Source: the human T2T-CHM13v2.0 reference genome, Homo sapiens. Taken from it: a DNA stretch of 64,000 bases. Within the stretch, counting starts at the first letter, position 1, and the number at the start of each line of letters is the position of its first letter. The DNA is taken from assembly GCF_009914755.1 (NCBI RefSeq), contig NC_060929.1. The stretch is one strand, 5' to 3'. Position numbers and translations under genes: made by a program. A model generated the notes under the pieces. That model saw only the letters and a list, made by a program, of their open reading frames with translations. It had not been told where the DNA came from and made no database searches. This document shows, piece after piece, positions 60,490-64,000 of the stretch.

Positions 60490-61700
60490 CTAATTAACCC
60501 CAAATCATTAAGCATTTATTATGTACAAGGCCTAATTTAGAATATACAAAAGAAGAGGATATTCCTCGAAAGCAGTTATAGAGAAATAAATTGTCAAAAC
60601 AATTGTTGTAAGCAATAATGCTTTAAGATTGCAGAGTGGATAGAAATTGCTGTGGAGTAAGGGTTGGGAAAAGTTCAGAGGACAGTGGAAGGCATTTAGA
60701 ATGAGAATACAACCAAGGGTACCAGATAATTAGGGCACGCTTTTAGAGGAAATTATAAAATTTTAATTGTGCATTATGATAATATCTTTAGACATTTTTA
60801 AGCTTCAAATTGATGACATTAATTTTACTCTTCATTTGTTTATTTCAGGACAAATTCTAGGCTTCATCTTGAGAGGAGAGAAACTTCTATACACCACTTA
60901 TCTTCTAGCGGTCCTTCCCCTAAGGAAAATTTTCCCATGCTCAGATTAAGGCTGGAATTAAACGAGTTATAAGGTAGTAGAGATAAGAAAGTAGCATTTC
61001 AGGTAGAGGGACTGTGGGAAGCAGAAAGGTAGAGATTAATTTGCTGGAGAGCACAGCCTTAGGGAACATGACCAAAGATAAAGTGAGGATGGAAATTCAG
61101 ATTTACATGTTGGAAAACCTTTCATAATAAAAAGTTTTAAGTTTTTCCTATCAAAACATTTGTTTGGAATAAAGTAATGTAAAAAAAATCATATTTTAAG
61201 AAGATTAACCTGGAATCGGAGAGAATGGATTTGCCAGGAAGGACAATGACATGTATTTAATTTTGTTGTGTCAAGTTAAATGTTGAGTATGTGTTGCGTA
61301 TCTTTACTCTTCCATTCATTGAGTATTCATGGCCCCATTTTGTACCAGGCACTAGACTAGGAGCTGGTAATGTAGTAAAAAGCAACACAGGCAAGTTATT
61401 CACTCTTGCAGAGTTTAGGGGCCCCATGGAGAAATAAAGGATTAATACATAAACCGCAAAATAATTTCAGATTGTGCTAACTTCTCTGATAAGAAATTAA
61501 AATGGTAATGTGATAGGGTGATGGTAAGTTGGAGTTTGGACTCAATGTTTAAGGGCTAGAAGAGTCTCCCTGGAACTTTGAGTTAGACACTAGGGGAAGA
61601 GGGTGTGGTAGGAATCTTTGAGAAAAGTATTTGAGGACAAAAAGCTGTGTAGTTTTAGTGAGGGATGGAAGGGCAAGGGAGGAGGGAGCAGTGTAATAGT
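60490..61700 (-). mobile_element. L2 fragments
   Basis: aagcatttattatgtacaaggc; cattcattgagtattcatggccccattttgtaccaggcactagactaggagctgg. Confidence 0.55.
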
Positions 61701-62073
61701 TGCTATCACCTAGATATTTTAAGGATAAAAAAACACAGTCAATTCAAATAACTGTCTGACTTCACACGCAAGTACATTTTGCTAAGTCCAAACCTAGTTA
61801 TTTTGACAATTACAAATTATATTAATAAGTGCATGGAAAATAAGGGTGACATTTAGTTATGTGTAATTTAGCATACAGTGAGGTTAAGCAGACATAGGTA
61901 AATAACTGTGAACACAGTATGCTGTAGGAGTTTGTTTGTTGTTTGTTGTTTTTTTCTAATTTGTAGTTCTTCCCAAATTAAAAGATGGAGATCTTAGCTA
62001 TCATGGCTCTGTTCTGGAAGAATCTGCATTTTCAATATTAGTTTGTACTATGAAATATATCATATATATTAAA

Positions 62074-62075
<2 letters not shown>

Positions 62076-62112
<37 letters not shown>
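62076..62112. repeat. (TG)n microsatellite
   Basis: ~18 TG units. Confidence 0.95.
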
Positions 62113-62114
<2 letters not shown>

Positions 62115-62185
62115 GGTGGTTTAACAAATACTTGTAGAATCACCCATGCACTCACTGCTGAGTTTAAGAGAGGACAGGAGAGGAC

Positions 62186-62478
62186 AGGTAGGGCGTGGTG
62201 GCTCATGCCTATAATCCTAGCGCTTTGGGAGGCCAAGGCTCAGGAGTTCAAGACCAGTCTGGGCAACAGGGTGAAACCCTGTCTCTCCAAAAAATACACA
62301 AGTTAGCCAGGTATGGTGGCTCACACCTGTAGTCCCAGCTACTTGGAAGGCTGACAAGGCAGGAGGATTGCTTGAGCCCATGAGGTCAAGGCTGCAGTGA
62401 GCCAAGATTGTGTGACTGCCCTCCAGCATGGGCAAGAGAGTGAGACCCTGTCTCAAAAAAAAAAAAAAAAAAAAAAAA
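62186..62478 (+). mobile_element. AluJ with small left-arm deletion
   Basis: ggaggccaaggct|caggagttc junction; gattgcttgagcccatgaggtcaaggctgcagtgagc; polyA. Confidence 0.88.
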
Positions 62479-63211
62479 GACAGTAAAACCAAGTTTATAA
62501 TTATCTATGTATGTATGCTACCCCACTAGTCTGTGAGCTCATAAAAGGCAGAGAAAGTTCATTGTTCATCATTATGATCCTGGCTTTTAAAGAAGGCGAG
62601 ACTATAAGGTGCACATTCATATAGCTGTATATAAGATATTGTTATAAAATTTCAGGTTTTTATCCTCATCTATTCTCTTTTGTTCAACTGTCTATGTAAA
62701 AATAACTTTCTGCTTCAATACAGCGATACAGTATTTGTGAAATTTTTATGAAGTTCCCTTTGCTTTAGAAGCAAAGTTAAAACCTATTTATATACTGTTA
62801 AGTTTTAGGATTTCATAACTATTATAGCTGCTATTCCTCTCTTTGTCATTTTATGCCTAAAATAATGTCTTCTGGTTCTTTGTATAAAGATCACAATAAA
62901 ATAACCTGAGGTTTTTATGTATGGTTTAAGAAGTCAATGTATGCACATGATCACACTGTAACATGAGCTAATGATATACTTGTGGAAAATAACCTGATTT
63001 AAGAACTAAGGTAGGTATTATATTTTTGGTTCGGCTCCCAAGATCTAATCTGCTGTTTCTAAAGTTACTAAAATATTAGTCTTTTTAAATTATTTTTCCT
63101 TTAATTGGACTTTATTCCTTCATCATTTTATTTTCATCTATTATAATTATATTACTTTGCAATATGTATAATTTGTATGTTCTCTTATGCATATGGGCCT
63201 AATTTCTTTAG

Positions 63212-63678
63212 CAGATACTTTCCAAATATCACAGAAGCAGCTGGAGAACTTCTATGTTCTAATGTTTGTATTCACTGATACAAGAAGAAAATCAACCATA
63301 CAACAGGGGAGATAAGATGGTTGACAGCACTAAGCTGCCTTCACCAAGGAATGCTGATGGCTGCATTTTTGGCAACCATGATTTTGGCAACCATTTGGGC
63401 AACTTTCATGATTAAAAGGGAAAAAAAGCAGTCTTAGATTTCCACTGGCAACTTTAGGAATATACTTTGGAATAAATTTAATGGTATATCATCAAAACAT
63501 TTCACAATACATCTTAAGCACTACCAGCATTTCTTTGTGTTCAAAATTCATCCGAGAGTTAATTCCTCATGCTTAATAGCTTACAGCTATTAGTAACTAA
63601 AAGGCTAGTAATGCAGAAAGAGTCCTTGTGTTGTAAGGATAAATCCATCAATTCAGAAAATTATCTCAAAATCCATGG
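63212..63678 (+). pseudogene. Candidate fossil exon with RGSL1-like motif
   Basis: ctttag/cag acceptor; ...LSCLHQG-(fs)-ADGCIFGNH[DFGNH]LGNFHD*KGKKAVLDFHWQL*EY; GG|gtatat donor at 63679. Confidence 0.42.
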
Positions 63679-64000
63679 GTATATGTATATGGACTTTGGC
63701 AGCAAAGCAATGTATAAATATTCAACACATTCTGTTAGATATTTATGTTTATAAATATACTTTTAAAACCTAATAAAATGAGTAGAAATATCAAGGGCTC
63801 TATTAACATCTTCATTCCATCTAATGAAAAGCAAAATACAAATGTGCTAGAGTAATTAGGTGACTTACATTATCCTATTTTTTAGACTAAAACTAGAAAA
63901 TGAGGCATATATTTAGATACAAATGCAGCATATTAAGAAAGCTGAACATTTGCTATATGAAACAAGGTTCCAGAGAGATAGCATAGAATTTTTAAAAATA

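Overview
AT-rich primate genomic DNA, probably human or ape (AluY/S/J, a full-length L1PA3-like element, many older L1M/L2/MaLR/ERVL relics). There is no intact protein-coding gene; the long ORFs in the track are L1 ORF1/ORF2 fragments. The main observation is in the non-repeat islands. From about 1.1 kb to 63.7 kb on the + strand there is a series of AG...GT-bounded, exon-like segments whose stop- and frameshift-riddled translations repeatedly give RGS-domain-like helix motifs (FxxYL...LxFWxE, ADGCxxGNxxxxF...LDFxWQL, YLPLFL) and an RGS22/RGSL1-like N-terminus. This suggests a decayed, intron-containing pseudogene of a multi-RGS-domain (RGS22/RGSL1-like) gene. The family call comes from by-eye comparison with recalled sequences and needs a homology search. 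Better-supported observations: the full-length L1PA carries a ~92-bp 3' transduction inside a 12-bp TSD, retains the 129-bp ZNF93-target 5'UTR segment and a 60-aa ORF0, and an old L1 3'UTR contains a 33-bp near-perfect inverted duplication.
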